Shown: positions 32,693 through 46,299, numbered from the stretch's first letter. The stretch: DNA of 64,000 nucleotides from Guillardia theta CCMP2712 (GCF_000315625.1 NW_005434582.1:1-64000), one strand, 5' to 3'. Notes: generated from the letters alone by a model not told the origin. Numbers and translations are program-made.

Positions 32693-35600
32693 CTAGACAG
32701 GAAGGTGGCTCCTGTGGATCGTTCAGGGAGACAACGGAAGCACGAGGGTAGGAGGAGAAGATCAGGGGGAGCAGACTTGCTCACCAGACTATTGCCATTA
32801 GAGACCCGAGCATACTCTGTACCGTCCCCTGCTCAAATCTCAGTCCTACCTCCTTTCTTCTTCCTCCGTTCCCCTGTCCCGCCCCCATCCTTACGAGCCC
32901 CCCCTTCTCCAGCCCTCCCCTCCCTCCGGCTCCTCTCCCCATCCCCGCCCCCTTTTCCCAGTCACCCTTTCCCCTTGTCCTACCGACAGTGCACATGGCA
33001 GAGCTGTTAAAATTGGGTTGGGGAAATGTCTCGTCGCAAGAACCACCGCAAACGCCTGCAGGCAAATGAGTTCCTCCTCCTCCTCCTCAACCCTAACTCC
33101 TCCTCATCCTCCTCTTCTCTACCCCCTCCATCTTCAGTACATTGCTTGTCCAAATCTCCCTTCCCCTCCCAGGCACTACCTCTTCCTGTTTCCCACCTAT
33201 CCACCTCCTCCTGCCCTTCACCCTCACCCTGCCTCACAGCTACCGTAGCTCACCGAGCTCTGTATCCCCGTCTCTATCGCGCATGTCCTTGCGACGCTCT
33301 CGGAGTAGCCCAGCAGCTTTGGAACGATCCAGCCAAAGAGGAAGCCGCTAAGTCTGAGTAAGAGGAAGAGAGCGAAAAGAGAAGAAGAAAATTGTAGATG
33401 AAGAGCGACAAACAGCAGCAGAGGACGAGAAGGGAAGATAGCGGTGGGGCAAGGAGTAGGTCTGGAAGGAGAGAGCGAAAGTAGGGAAGGAAGTTGGGAA
33501 AGAGGAAATGAACGAGAAGGAAGAGAGAGGAGACGAAAGAAGGGGAAAAAACAGTAGAAGAGATGAGGAGGAGGAGGAGGAGGAGGAGGAGGAGATAGAG
33601 CGCTCACCATGAGTGGAGGAGAATGACGGAGATCAAGACTGTTGGCCCTGCAGCCTGAGGAAGAATGTCAAGACAACGGGCAAAGAGATCAAGAGACATC
33701 TAGGGCGGTAGAAGATGATGAAAATAAGAGAGAAGACGTCGGGGAAGGGGAAGGGCGATGAGGAGAGGGTGGAAGTAAACACAGATGGAGGGGAGGAGGA
33801 GGGAGGGGAGGGGAGAGAAGAAGACGAGAGTAGAAGAACAAGGGAGGAAAATGGAGAGGTCAAAGAAAGATGGAAGAGAGGAGGAGGAATGAGGGGCAGA
33901 GTGTCAAGGTAGAGAGTCAAGATGGGATAGGGGGGGTTAAGAGATGCTTACAAGAGCAGCGCTCGCTGTCTGACCGATGATGCTGCCGCAGATCAGAGAG
34001 ACCATGATCACCTGGCGAGGAGGGGACATGTAAACCAGAAGAGAAAAAGGAACAATGAAGATCAAGAGAAAGACAGATAAACAAAGAGTGAGCAATGTGA
34101 AGCATCAAGTTCAAAACGACGAAAGATGCAGATGAGAGGAACAAAGGCAGAAGAGCAGCAGGCAGAGCAAGACGAATGGGAGGAGAACGGGAGAACAAGA
34201 CCAAGGAAGCTGGAATGAGAAGAAGAAGTAACAAAGAAGATGAGCTGGCAATGTTGAGCCGATCGAGTCGCCGCGTGCTCAGCAACGCACCGAGATGAAG
34301 GGAGTGAAAATCTTTGCCATGGCGGCAGAGTGAGGAAACCTTGAAAAGTCTCAGAAGGAACAGCACTATCTCCTCCTCTCCTACAGGTGATGGACGGCAA
34401 GACCGCATGCGACTGGTCCAAGAACAACCTGCAAACTCAATGATACCCTCGTCTCCCCCCCTGTCCCAAACTTTCTTCTCATGCTGATCCTTCTCATATT
34501 CCTGCACTTTATCCTCGTCCTCTTCCTCGACCTCGTTCTCCTCCTCGTCCACGTGGTCTTCCTCTGTCTACTTTGTCCTCTTCATGTCCTCTCTGCCACC
34601 CTCCTCCCCTCCCTGGCCCTTCCTTGCCCCCCTTTACACTAGAGCACCTGCATGGTAGAAATAACGAGCCCGATAGGGTCAATCTTGACCAGACTGCCTG
34701 CGAGGGGTTCAGAGCAAGCAGGAGAAGTCGTAAAGCCTCTCACCCGCGTTCATGGCAACTAAGGAAGGAGTAGCGATGGCCGCCTGCTGGTTGTCAGCCA
34801 GGCAGAGGAGGAGGACAAGGAGGGAGGAGAAAGAAGGACGGAGGGAGGAGGGAGGAGGCAGGAGGGAGGAGGGAGGAGGGGGTAAGGGGGGTATTGAGGA
34901 GGGAGGAGGGGGTAAGGGGGGTATTGAGGAGGGAGGAGGGGGTAAGGGGGGTATTGAGGAGGAACCAGCAGGGTCGATGCTGTCGTCATCAGAACTGAGA
35001 GTGCAACGTCGCCCTGCCATGGAATGCCCGTGAGAACACAGCCTCCAATGCGATGCGAAAGCCTCATCCTGCCTCTTGCTGCACCTTACCCGCCCTCTCT
35101 GCTTCCCTTCACATCAGACTCTTCTCACTCCGTCTCCTCTCCTATTCGACTCCTCCTCCATCCGTCATCCCGCGCACTTCCTATCAGATCTCGTGTCTAC
35201 TCCTCCTTGAGCGTCTGACTCAGGGGAGAGGAAGCAGGTTGAGGAGGAGACGGCTGGTCAAAGAGGGCCGGGAGGACGACAGCCTTGAGAGAAGCAGCAC
35301 GTGCTGCTGGGAAAAACGGGCTCACCTTGGCAATGAGGGTGATGAGGTTGCTGGAGGTGCCTCCCGGGCAGGAGGAGAGGAGGATAAGACCAGCTGGCAC
35401 CCAGCACGTTCAGGTGGAGGTCAGGTGGAGTCTAGAGGAGTCGAGATCACCGGCGATGTCCTTGGGGAGTTTGAGGAATTTGGAGATGAAGACTCCCAAA
35501 ATTGGCATGAGTGTGTACTGTAACAGGTGTCAATTTGAGAACCTCCTGATCCCAGGCTTCCTCCTCTTTCTAATCATCATCATCATCATCATCACCATCA

Positions 35601-37636
35601 CCATCACCATCACCATCACCATCATCATCAGAGGCGCCGTTATTTTCGGCAGAGGCGCCGTTATTTTCGGCAGCACAGAGACATTATCAGCATCGTCATT
35701 ATAATCATATCAGCATTATCGTCGCAAACAAGCATCGTCGTGGTCAATCTCATCTTTGTAATCATCATTAGCATCATTGCTTTCTTCCACAATCACTATC
35801 ACTTCTCTCATACTCTTGCACTTTCTTCTCTGCAGCATCATCGCTTTCATCGCAAACCAACATCAATCATCCATTATCTCATCGTCTCTCGTTCGCCCTG
35901 CACCCATTCTGCACTGCAATTGTCACCTGACAAAGACAGCCCATGGAGACTTGAGCAGGATCCTGAGAAAAGTTAGCCAGGACGGGAAGGAAGACGAGGA
36001 AGGAGGAGGAAGGAGGAGGAAGAGGTTGAGGCGGAGGGAGGAGAGGAGGGAGTGCACGAGCAGAAAACAAAGGTACGCGGGAGGACAAGCAGGAGGAGAA
36101 AACCTTGAGGATTCGAACGAAGTCGTCAATCGTCAGCGTCATGCCTTTGTCATTATTAGAGGTTTGTTCTGCGCCAGTTTCAAACTCTACCGGTGAAGAC
36201 CATGGTTGCCCCCACAGCGACTGTAATTGAGTTGCCCTGCCTCAACATCACATGCAGATAACCAGACCATAGGCATCGGAGGTAGCAAGAGGGGGCAAGA
36301 AAAGGAAGGAGAAGGGCTAAATTGGGGAACAGGAGAATCAAGGGTTGAAAGAAGGATATGAAAGAGGTTGAAGACTAATGCAAAGGGCTGCTGAGCAAAC
36401 GAAGGAAACAGGAAGGAAACTTTGTAAGGCGATGAAGGAGTAGGAGAAGGGTGGGGATATCACTTGTAGCCAAGTTACTGTCTCGGGCTTGAAAATAGCA
36501 GCAAGAACTGCCACTGTAGCAAATCATCAGAAAAAAGAAAGATGAAAGTGAGATGAACGATGAAAGTGAGATGAAAAATGAAACTTCCAAGGTAAAGGGA
36601 ACAACATTCACAGGGGAAGGAAGAGCGGACTGAGTGGTGAGAGAAGAAAAAAAGCAGGGAAACGAAAAGAGGGCACATGGGTCATATGGAAGAAAGGGAA
36701 ATGAGGGTAACGTGCTGAGAACGAGAGGGAGGAGGGAGAGAGGAAGAGACTTGAAGAGATGACAGTGAGATTGAGAGAGGAGAGCAGTGAACAGGCAGGA
36801 GGAAGAAAGAAGGGGGCAGGAGAAAGGAAGGAGGAGGGAGGAGGGAGGAGGGAGGAGGGAGGAGGGAGGAGGGAAACGTAGGGGCAAGGAAACAGTGGGC
36901 GAAACTTACCCACAACCCACAGCGGGAACAGGCTTGCAAGGACTTCAAGAATAGCCTGACACCAACCCATCATGCAAGCCTCGGAAAAGATTGAGCAGAG
37001 GGGTGGAGATGAGGAAAAAGAGTGGAGAGGCTGGAGAGAAACGATGAGGGATGCAAGTAGGAACCCATGGTCCATGAGAAGAATGGAGTAGTGGGAGGGG
37101 TTCGAGAGATTGAGGGGGGCGGGGGGAGGGAAGGCAGAAAGACACAGAAGCAGGGAGATGGATCATGCTTACCGCAAGCCTCTTCAGACGCGAGCCTTCA
37201 ACAACTTGCCCCCCTTGAGTATGGCCTGGCAAAGTCGCAAATCATACGAACGCCACAAGGATGAGAAATCGACAGGGCAGGTGGGGGAAGGGGAGAGGGA
37301 GGGAAACAGGAAGAAGGGGGAGAAGCTTCTACGGAATCGCTCACCTCCTCTCATGCCCGACCGAGCCTGACGCCTCAGCAACCCCGGCAACGCTTTCATG
37401 CTCCCTCCAGGGATGAAGAGACCTCCCCTTCCCATCCTGCTACTGCTCAAGTCATTGAAGCAGCCCCGCAGCCCTTGAAGCAAGCGGAACCTCTGAGTCA
37501 AGCTGGGGGACGGGAGGCAGCAAGTCTCTTGCATCGTCACTGCGCAGTATCTGTCACGGGAGGGCACAGAGCCCCTGCTCACGGACTCACAGGATAGGAT
37601 AGCTAATGCCGCCAGCCGCCTTCCGCTACATCCCAT
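32693..37636 (-). CDS. Bile acid:sodium symporter (BASS/SBF) family transporter with probable bipartite targeting presequence; many exons
   Basis: Exons LASLFPLWVV, MTLTIDDF, QYTLMPILG, AGLILLSSCPGGTSSNLITLIAK, GDVALSVLMTTASTLL, ARTCAIETGIQSS, LATRHFPNP and SMLGSLMAIVW. N-terminus MGCSGRRLAALAILS. Confidence 0.85.
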
Positions 37637-38749
37637 CCCTTCACTGCGATTCCGTCCTGCCATCGCCGTCTCCTTCAAGGTTCTCTTCCTCTAGCGGGTA
37701 CGGAGAGACTCAAACGTAGCGGCAAGCGCAAGGAGCCATCATGCTCGTCGACGTTGTCACGTCGTTACTCCTTGCTGACAGCCTCCCTCTACCCATTTTC
37801 TCTGCGCACCAGACCGCTCGCTTGCTCTGTCGGGAGTCGCTTACACGGTCACGACTGCTGTGCGGATCTATCCATCCTCCTTCCACCCTCTCGTGGGGAC
37901 GACTGTCCTTCTTCCTCTTGCACTTCTTCGGTCCCAGCCTGCCCCAACATAGCTGTCAGAGTCCGGTCGCAACATGAACAAGCTGCATAGCTTTCACAGA
38001 CGATCTTGTGCTGGCTAACAACATGGAGGAGGTCACATGCGCTAGCGCTAGTGCACCCTGCCACGTTCCTTCCATACGGCATGAGCACGATCAACGTGGC
38101 TCCTTTCACCATTATACGTGGCAATCGGATCAAACAGATCCGACCCCCCACATCTACATCCTCACTAACGTATCAGCCATCTTGGAGGGTCGACCCCTCC
38201 TTTTACTATCCTATCACACTATCACACCAAGCTTCTTCTTGCCGCCTCCTCTCCTGCCTATCTTCAACTCCTCCCCACAAGTTCGCCAAGATCCCGGACT
38301 ACTCCGCCCCCACACATCATCCACCCGCGCATGTGCATTCAAACCTTTCCGCTTTCTACCTATCATCACTCCCTCTGACCAACTCACGCGTAAGGCCCTC
38401 TCCTCAGCCCCCTTCCCTCTCTCGCTCTCCTCTCTCCTCGCGCCATCATTGCGCTTCCCTTCCCCCTTCCATTTCCTCGGCTTCCTACTTTGGTGGCCAC
38501 TGCCCAGTAAATTGAAGGCCACAGCCACATCCCCTAACTGACCGAGGGCCGTTGGCCTCTGCGGTTCACTTAGACAGACTGGGACTCTCGCTGAGAACAA
38601 CTCGGATCAGAGTCATGTCATTCGCACATGTTGTTCAAGGAAGAGCTGGGAGGGAGCTGGGAGAAACGGCGAGTTGAGGGCAGGTGGAGGGTGAAACGGA
38701 GGCGGACTAGGGAGCCTGAGGATGGCAGACTGAATCTTGTATAAAACTG

Positions 38750-40945
38750 ACTAAAGCGAAGAAGAATCTTCAAGTAGCGGAAGCCTTGTTGAGGAGCTAA
38801 AAGTGCAAGTGATCTTGATCATGGTATAGGAGAAGGGCAAGAGCAGCGTTAGACAGAGTGAGGAACTCTTTTTCACCTGAACGACCTCTACAATCTCTAA
38901 AGCCCCAAGGCTGACTTGCTGCTGGAGTTTGAATCAGGAGACTGAGGGGCAGCTCATGGAGCTTCGCAGGTGTGCCGAGGTCAGTTGAGAAGAAGGGGAG
39001 GGGGGGGGGAGAGGGAGAGGGAGGAAAGGGGGGGAAGGGGAGGGAAAGGTGGCCATGAGAGGAGGAGGGGAGTTTTTATCTGTGAGAGGTGCGAGTGGAA
39101 GTTTGACTTGTCTGGCAGCGCGAATCGCGTCAACGTCGTGCGTCAGAACCTGCGTGGGTCTCGTCGATGGATACGAACGCTTGTAAGTAGAAGCGAGTGA
39201 GGGGTGAAAGTGGCAGGGCCCTTGGACAGGAATGAACCTCCGCTCTAGCGTCTGTGGAAGGAGCCGGAGCACACTCTTTCTTGTGCTGCTCGCTGCTTGC
39301 AAGGTAACAAACACTGATGCCCTCAGGGTCTGACAAGAGAGCAGGAGAGCGATTGCTCGTAGCTGCTGCTAGGCCTGGGGGACGTAGACTGCCAGCAGAG
39401 GCATGTCGATGATCTGAGAGGGAGTGAGCGAGTTGAGGACAAGAGGAGGGCGAACCTTGATGTCGGAGTTGAGATCCATCTTGACGATTCCATCTACAGC
39501 ACGATGGTGAGCCGAGGAGGATCAACCGGAGAGCGGGAAGGCAAGAGAAAGGGGGGGGTTGGTGGTGGGAGAGGAGGATGCGTTTCCAACCTCTTCCGTC
39601 GATACCGATGAGCTTTCCTGTATTTCCCTTGAGCTCTTCCTGCTATCCTTGAGACGAGAGCATCCGAGACAAGAAACCTCACCTGTAGGATGATGACAGA
39701 AGCGTTCTTCTGCGGCACAACCTGCACAACCACATGAGCTGACACATCGCGCTCTCTTCCCGTCTCCCCCTACGCTCCGCTTCTCTTCTCTCAGTCCCTC
39801 CCATCCTCTCTTCTCTCCCATCCTCCTCTCGGGCTTCACCGCCTCGAGCTCCTCTGCGGGCACCACCTGACAGGAAACCAGTCAGCTTCACACTTGGCAC
39901 GCAGCAGCTGAATACCGTCAACTGTCCTCCTTGCATCTCGACTTTGCAGTCGGGGCCCTGCATCTCTTTTCAATCCCTCCCCCTCCTCCTTTATCTCCTC
40001 CTCCTCCTTTGTCTCCTCTTCATTTTTCTCCTCTTCCTTTCTCTCATCGTTTCTCTCCTCCTCCTTTTCTTCCTACACTCTTCTTCTTCCCCTCCCTCTT
40101 TGCCCTCCCTTCCCCTTCGCATCGCATCCTCGTCCTCGTCCTTCCCCGACCTTGATTTCGACGACGACGCCCGTGCAATCAAGCAACAGCCCGGACATGA
40201 TCCGGACTTTCATGCGCTTTAGGCACCAGTTTGACACCTGCTTCCACTTCAGGCGAACTCGCCGGACGAGGAGCATCTAAACGAGGTGAAGGCAGCAAGG
40301 AGAAGCGTGGGAGACAAGAGCTGAGCTACTCTACATAATCCTCCTTCTTTCCTCCTCCCCCCTCCATCCGTCCCCCTCCCATTTCGTATCGGTAGGACTG
40401 CAGGGATAGAGATGAAAAGGGTAAGCAGGCAGAAAGAGACCGGGGAAGAGGAGAGTAAAACGAACTATGGTGAGCTATGTGGGCGAAAACATGCATGATC
40501 ATGATTATGTTCCTCGAGAGGTGCGGAAGCCCCAGCAGGAGCAGGAGAGGGAGCAGGAGGAGGTTATGAGGGGGGAGGTATGATGAGGGGGTTGAGGACG
40601 AGGACGAGGAGACGAGGACAAGGGGAGGACGAGGAAGCCTGGAGGAGGACGAGGAGGACGAGGACGAGGGGAGGACGAGGAGACGAGGACGAGGAGGATG
40701 AGAACGAGATGGACGAGAAAGACGAGGACGAGGTGGACGTGTAGGACGTGTAGGACGTGGAGGACGTGTAGGACAAGGAAAAGCAGCAGTAGCAGCAGCA
40801 GCAATAGTGGCAGTAGAAGTAGCAAGAGAAAGGGTCACCGAGTAGCCTACGAGGCTCGAGGGAGTGAAGGAGCTTGGGGTGGATCCTAACAATGAAATTT
40901 CAGGACCTCCAGGTCTTGTTCCCTTCCCCCCCTGTCGTGTAGCCT
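38750..40945 (-). CDS. Hypothetical multi-exon coding region; may continue the pseudo-PAP transcript
   Basis: Coding-like blocks (MSGLLLDCTGVVVEIK, AHVVVQVVPQKNASVIILQ, SVLRLLPQTLERRFIPVQG) lie between microsatellite introns. No family recognised. Confidence 0.35.
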
Positions 40946-41334
40946 CTCGTTACCCAGAGAAATTAGAAAAAGCCGCAGGTTATGGTTCGAACCTTTGAGT
41001 TGGAGCTCTGAGATTGAGAGGGCAGCTTTGCTTCAGGTTGATAGGTACTGCCGCCATCGGTCTTGGCCTTCTTGTTGACTAGGAGCAACAAAGTCAGCTT
41101 CACCATCCACGTCGCAATTCTTCTCTCGACCTGATTCTTGTATAATTTCTCCTTGCAGTATGTTCTTGGCCTGTGATGGATTAGGAGGCTCTCCTACATC
41201 CGCACACGGAGTCAGCTCGTACTGCCATCACAGTAAGTGCATCAAAACCTAATCTCGGAGGATTCCAGCTCTGTTCGCCAGTGTTTGAGTTGAGCCTGAG
41301 AAGCAACATCAGTCAAGCTCGCGAGTTCCCGTCT

Positions 41335-43034
41335 CTACCAATAATACTCCTTCCAAGTTTTTGACCATTGCTTGGACCAGCCTGAAAGCAGAACCTCCTC
41401 TCCTGATATGCTCTGACCCTTGAGATGGTTGTCAGCATCCGTTCTCCTTTTGGTTCCCACCAAGGCGGCATCTTTCTCAACATCCATGCTCTTCATCTCT
41501 TTGCTGTTGCTTGTCTTCTGAACGTCTTGGAGTTGCTGTTTGATTCCTTCCTCTTTCAAGGCTTCCTCTTCGTCCTTAGGGTTCAGCACAAAGTCTGGCA
41601 GATCTTTTCGTTTGATCGATTGAACTTGAAGTTCCATTTCACTCGTTCTGTGATGCCAGTTTAAGAGTCTCGCCTTGAACTCTCTGACGGGCCCGGAGAT
41701 GTTCGGTGCCTTCATTCCATCGGCTTTCAGCTTGTCATGGTCAAACTTCAGACCGACGTACCACAAGTGCTCGTACTGATCCTGCTCGCCTTTTCTTGGC
41801 TTTGCATAGCTCCTCTGTATCGGATGCGCTCGATCTAGATACGCATCTGGACATCTTTCCAAATACGAGATCATATTATGAATGTTGGCTGCGCAGAATC
41901 CCTTCCACATGTTGTGATCAGCTTTGCTCCGTGCAGACGCCTGGATCTGAAGAAAGTTTGCGTACGTTGAGAACAGGTCTACGGGCTCGAAGAGGTCGCA
42001 CCAGCCAGCCTTGCCTTCATGGATCTGCTTGCACACCCCCATGGCCCTGATGAACATCTCTTTCATGATCTTCAAGGTTGACCTCGACACGAGAGCTGCG
42101 GTGTTCTGAGCAGGATAGCAAGGAGAAATGATCGGCATCAGATGCCTCCTATCTGACATTTCGGTTGCACCATATCCCCACACAGGCAGATTCAGATCAT
42201 GCGAGTTTGCGACGATCTCAGCCAATTCCACCGGCTGTGGCCATTTCCATTGACAGTAAGTGAAGAAGAAGAAGTACAGGAGCCTGGAGGGAAGAGCCTT
42301 GGGGTACAGCTGACATATCCGTGCTGCCATGATCTCTAGAGAGATACTTCCAAGAAATCCAAGACCGTTATTATAGACTCCACGCTTCTTCGCCCAGAAT
42401 TTCAGGGCTTGAATGCAGTATTTGAAGGATATCAGGTTTGGCACAAGACTTCTGATCGTATCTGTCACTCGCACGCTGTTGAGCGAAGCAACACTCTCCG
42501 GATCGACGTTCTTGAGATGCTTGTCGTCGGTCACATCAAAGTCCTCGGGCAGGGTCGCATAATTGAGTCTCGCCATGGACAACTTAAACTCAAAATCATC
42601 CATTCGAAACTTGATAACAGGAGCACGAGCTTCTTGGACCTTGATCAAGTCCTTGATGTCCTCTCGTGCCTGCATCGCGACGTAGAGGTCGTCGAACATG
42701 TCTGAGCGGTCGATGTATCTGGTCACTATCATTACCGCATCCTTATTCTCTACAGTTCGCAGTAGGATGGGAGGGTTTTCCTCGGAGTATTGCTCCATCA
42801 GATGCTTCTTCTCGTACACTCGGTTCACAAACTCGCGACACATGTCATTGATCTTTGCTAGCGTCCTGATCCTTGGATCCAACTTGCTGTCCGAAAGAAG
42901 GTTCCTGGCTTCCATGTAGTTCAGCAAGGTCTTTTCGATTCGCTGGTCTTGCTCGGAGGGTTCCGCCATTGACAGCGGCACCCTAGCCACATGGATTAGG
43001 CAAATATGACACCCCTTCACCTCAGGCTGTGCCA
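41335..43034 (-). CDS. Canonical poly(A) polymerase (PAP1/PAPOLA) homolog lacking catalytic motifs
   Basis: PLSMAEPSEQD, IDRSDMF, APVIKF, SLNSVRVTD, LKFWAKKRGVYNNGLGFLG, ARICQLYP, WKWPQPVEL, DRRHLMPIISPCYPAQN and WYVGL. The FGSYRLG...DID motif is absent (reads ILLRTVENKDAVMIV) and the third Asp position reads EFKLS. 3' end uncertain. Confidence 0.85.
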
Positions 43035-43194
43035 TCCTAGACGTCAAGCGTGGTGCTGAAATGAGGACAGTGTTAGGGGACAACACAGGAGGACATCTGG
43101 TATTACCTCTTTCTACGTAAAATCCGCTGTGAGTTCTCGGAGCGCATAGCTGTGCATTATCGGTCATGGTCACTCGTGATAAGCTGTCTCGGCA

Positions 43195-44736
43195 TCAAAC
43201 CTCCTCGAAGCTCCCGGACCCTTGAAGGATCTCCAATGCCCTTGCAAACTCCTCACGGATATCGCTGACGGTGGTGCCAATGACGTATCTCCCCAAGTCA
43301 AGGTCGACGTCGAAGGGATCTTCTATGCAAAGGATATGCCTGCGCTCCTAGTGAGCAAGCTCAAGTGTTTTGGATGAAGCGGCTCTACTGATTTCTAAAG
43401 CCCTCAGGAGAATCCCATCCCTTGGCCTTCTTTTTTAGAAGTCTTCCACTCCGAATGCTCACAACTCCTTGATCAACCTCAAAGACTGCAAACAAGCCTT
43501 AGCCCGCGTTGCTGCAAACATCACAGTTGGTTTACCATTGGAGTAGAAGTGAAAGAAGCCAACGAGAAGGAGCCCCAGCGATGAAGAGTTGTTCCTCTCA
43601 CCGATGCCTGCAAACCTTCAATCCATCAAACGAGTTTTGTGCTGTTACCAGCCAAAGTCTCAAAGTTTCTGTAGAAGTAGCAGTCGTATGCCTCTCCGTT
43701 CCAGAGAACAGAAAACGATGGATCATTCTTCCACTTTGCCTCCTCGCGACGGATATTTTGCAAGCACGGCAGCACTCGTTCATACTGCAGGTACTGTATC
43801 ACCATCAACGCATACGTGTACGAACTCAGATAGCGTTTGAAGGCATTGTGAATTTGACGTTGTTTTACCCAGTGCTTGACGCACATAATCAGAGGCCTCG
43901 TCCTTGCGTCCAGCATCGTGTATGTGTAGAGCAAGTCGGTGTTGACACAGGCAAGAACATTGTTGACACTAAGATCGCAGTGAAAGGCAGAACCACGACC
44001 GTCATCGGCCTCAAACTTGATGATAGGAACACGGGCATCGGACAGAGTTTCAACACTCATCATTCCATGTCCTCGCAGCAGCCTGGCAAGATCGTCGAGA
44101 AGCTCCTTCTTCCATTGTGCCTTCACCCTGCAACTGTCCGCTTCTTGTAGGTTGTTCTTTTGAGTCTCGTGTTCAGGAATTACAAGACACATCTATATCT
44201 GAGTGGACAGAGCCAAGGTTGCTCGCAGATGAACCAAACATCTGTACTCTGGAGCCGGGATAATTCTCAGCAATGATCTTGTTCACATTGGTGCAGACGC
44301 TCCTCCTGTGATCGATTTCCTCACTAGGAGGAGAAATCTTTGTTACAAAACTCATGCAAGCACTGGAAAGGAGATCTATGTCTTGGAGTTTCATCTTAGG
44401 AGTCACGATGCTCGTACATAAGGTTGGTGGTCGGGAGTCGAGATTGGTCGTGAGGTGCTCATCGCTCTCTTCAGCACAAGCACCATTGTAGTACGCTCCC
44501 TCGATCTCGGCACTGCTGATCTCGGGATCGATGGTGAGAGATAGCAGCATGTTCGGGGTTAGAATCGGCATGGGCTGACTTTGTCCCATGGCATCGAAGC
44601 TTTGTGCGGCACAAGGAGTGGGATGCAGATTATCGCCGCCCATGGGATCCGGTACAAGTGGACTGTGATTGAAGCTGTTGTCATTCCTCATGGCATGAAG
44701 AGCATCGTCTCGATCCGTCAGATCTATCTCGTTCAT
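43195..44736 (-). CDS. Cid1/URT1-like non-canonical terminal nucleotidyltransferase (multi-exon; apparent frameshift near 44190)
   Basis: QMFGSSASNLGSVHSDIDV, ARVPIIKF, CDLSVNNVLACVNTDLL, VKHWVKQRQI, LSSYTYALMVIQYLQ, VLPCLQ, LGLLLVGFFHFY, VVSIRSG and LCIEDPFDVDLDLGR. Confidence 0.88.
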
Positions 44737-46299
44737 GCCCTGCTCATCTCAGCCATGAGAGTCTATCCTGAAAATATCTGCCATGATCGAGATGCCAGGA
44801 TCTAAAGATGGTGTGATGCAGTTGACCCCTTTACTTCCCACTTTTTCTATGTTTCTACTTAATATCAGACGCATATGCCTCTACCCTCTTTTTCCCACCC
44901 CTACCACCCTCTAAGTGGGGTCACACCGGATGGTTGAGGAAATCAGGAGAGCCTGAGCTGGGAACTTCAAGTGAACAGAAGTTCGTATGGGGTTGGCCCG
45001 CTCGGCCGCGCCAAGGCACTCACGGTTGCCACGGTACTACACAGTCTGCTGTCCTCGGAGGGCCAAACTTAACTCGGATACCTTCTCTTACTTTGATCGG
45101 ACTGCGCGGCGGCACAGCGGCAGGGCAATTCCCCCGCGCCTCTATGGGCCCGGCCCGGCAGTCGGACCGTGGCATCCGGCGGCACTGCAGGCCGCGCTAA
45201 CTTTCGCCGCGTTGGGCCAGCCGGGCCCGGGGCCACCGGCTGGGCCGCACCGTCCGACCATGCCGATCCGATCCGCGGGCCCGTCCGAGATGATCACTGG
45301 CCTCAAGGGGCCTGGCTGAGTCAGGGCCGGGCCCCGGGCCGGGCCCGGTACAGCCCCTCTTGTCACGGTTTTTGAAATCTGTTTCAAATTGTTTCCAAAT
45401 TCTTGAAATAATCAAAGAAGTTTCAAATACTTAACTCAAATTTCGGCGAGACTTCTTCGAGATTTGCATAGCGGCGCTGAAAACACGGAATCTTGCAATA
45501 ATAAAGAGGCCGCATGGTCAACGGATAACCCACCCTAGAATTTACGAATCATTTCAAGAATCTTTCAGGGGTGCACTTCCCTTAGATGATAAAATGAAGT
45601 ACCCTGCTTTCTGTTTCGATTTCGGACCTTTGTGGAGGGGTGATCACATGCCTCTGGAGCCTAAAAGGGGTGGGTATTTTTATCACCCTACTAGGCACTG
45701 AAATTGAGGAATGGAGGGGTGAGTGCAATGTGAATTGGATCGAATGGGGGTAGGGGTACGGTCAACCGGAATCCTGCGAGAATGGAGGTCGCACAGCATG
45801 CATGACGTGGTGGAGGTGGAAGGGAGAAGGGAGAGGAGAGAGAGGAGGGGGCGAAGGAGGAAGACCATGCCGAACGAAGACCATGAGGACAAGGAAGAGA
45901 GTGGTATGGGATAGCTGTAACTGAACAAGGAAAGAGCTCTTGAGTGAGTGAGGGCGACGGGCGGGTGATGGAGGGTTGCGAAGGGAAGAATGAGTGCAGG
46001 CCCGAAAGGCATCATACGGATGCCATTTGACATCTTGAAATGAAATTTACGGCTGGCCTGATTCGATCATTCATGCACATGTAGGGTTGTGCTTTGCTGG
46101 AAGCACGGCGGCAAGCGTGTTACTTGCCCTCGATCCGAAATGTTTGTCTCAAGGAAGGTGGGAAGGAAGCTATAAAACGCAAGGGAATCTTAGTGTGCTT
46201 AAGTTCGTGTCTTCATGGACGAATTGATAGATACCATTCGTGCTCTGTGTACCTCTTTCATCCTCATGGATCCCTGCAATGCCATTTATCGAGTTGAAC

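Noticed and set aside
35630-35672. 21-bp direct duplication AGAGGCGCCGTTATTTTCGGC
   Set aside because: Simple tandem duplication in an intron with no element between the copies.
37741-38600. Possible plus-strand gene divergent from BASS
   Set aside because: Exon-like pieces exist but frame and product could not be supported.
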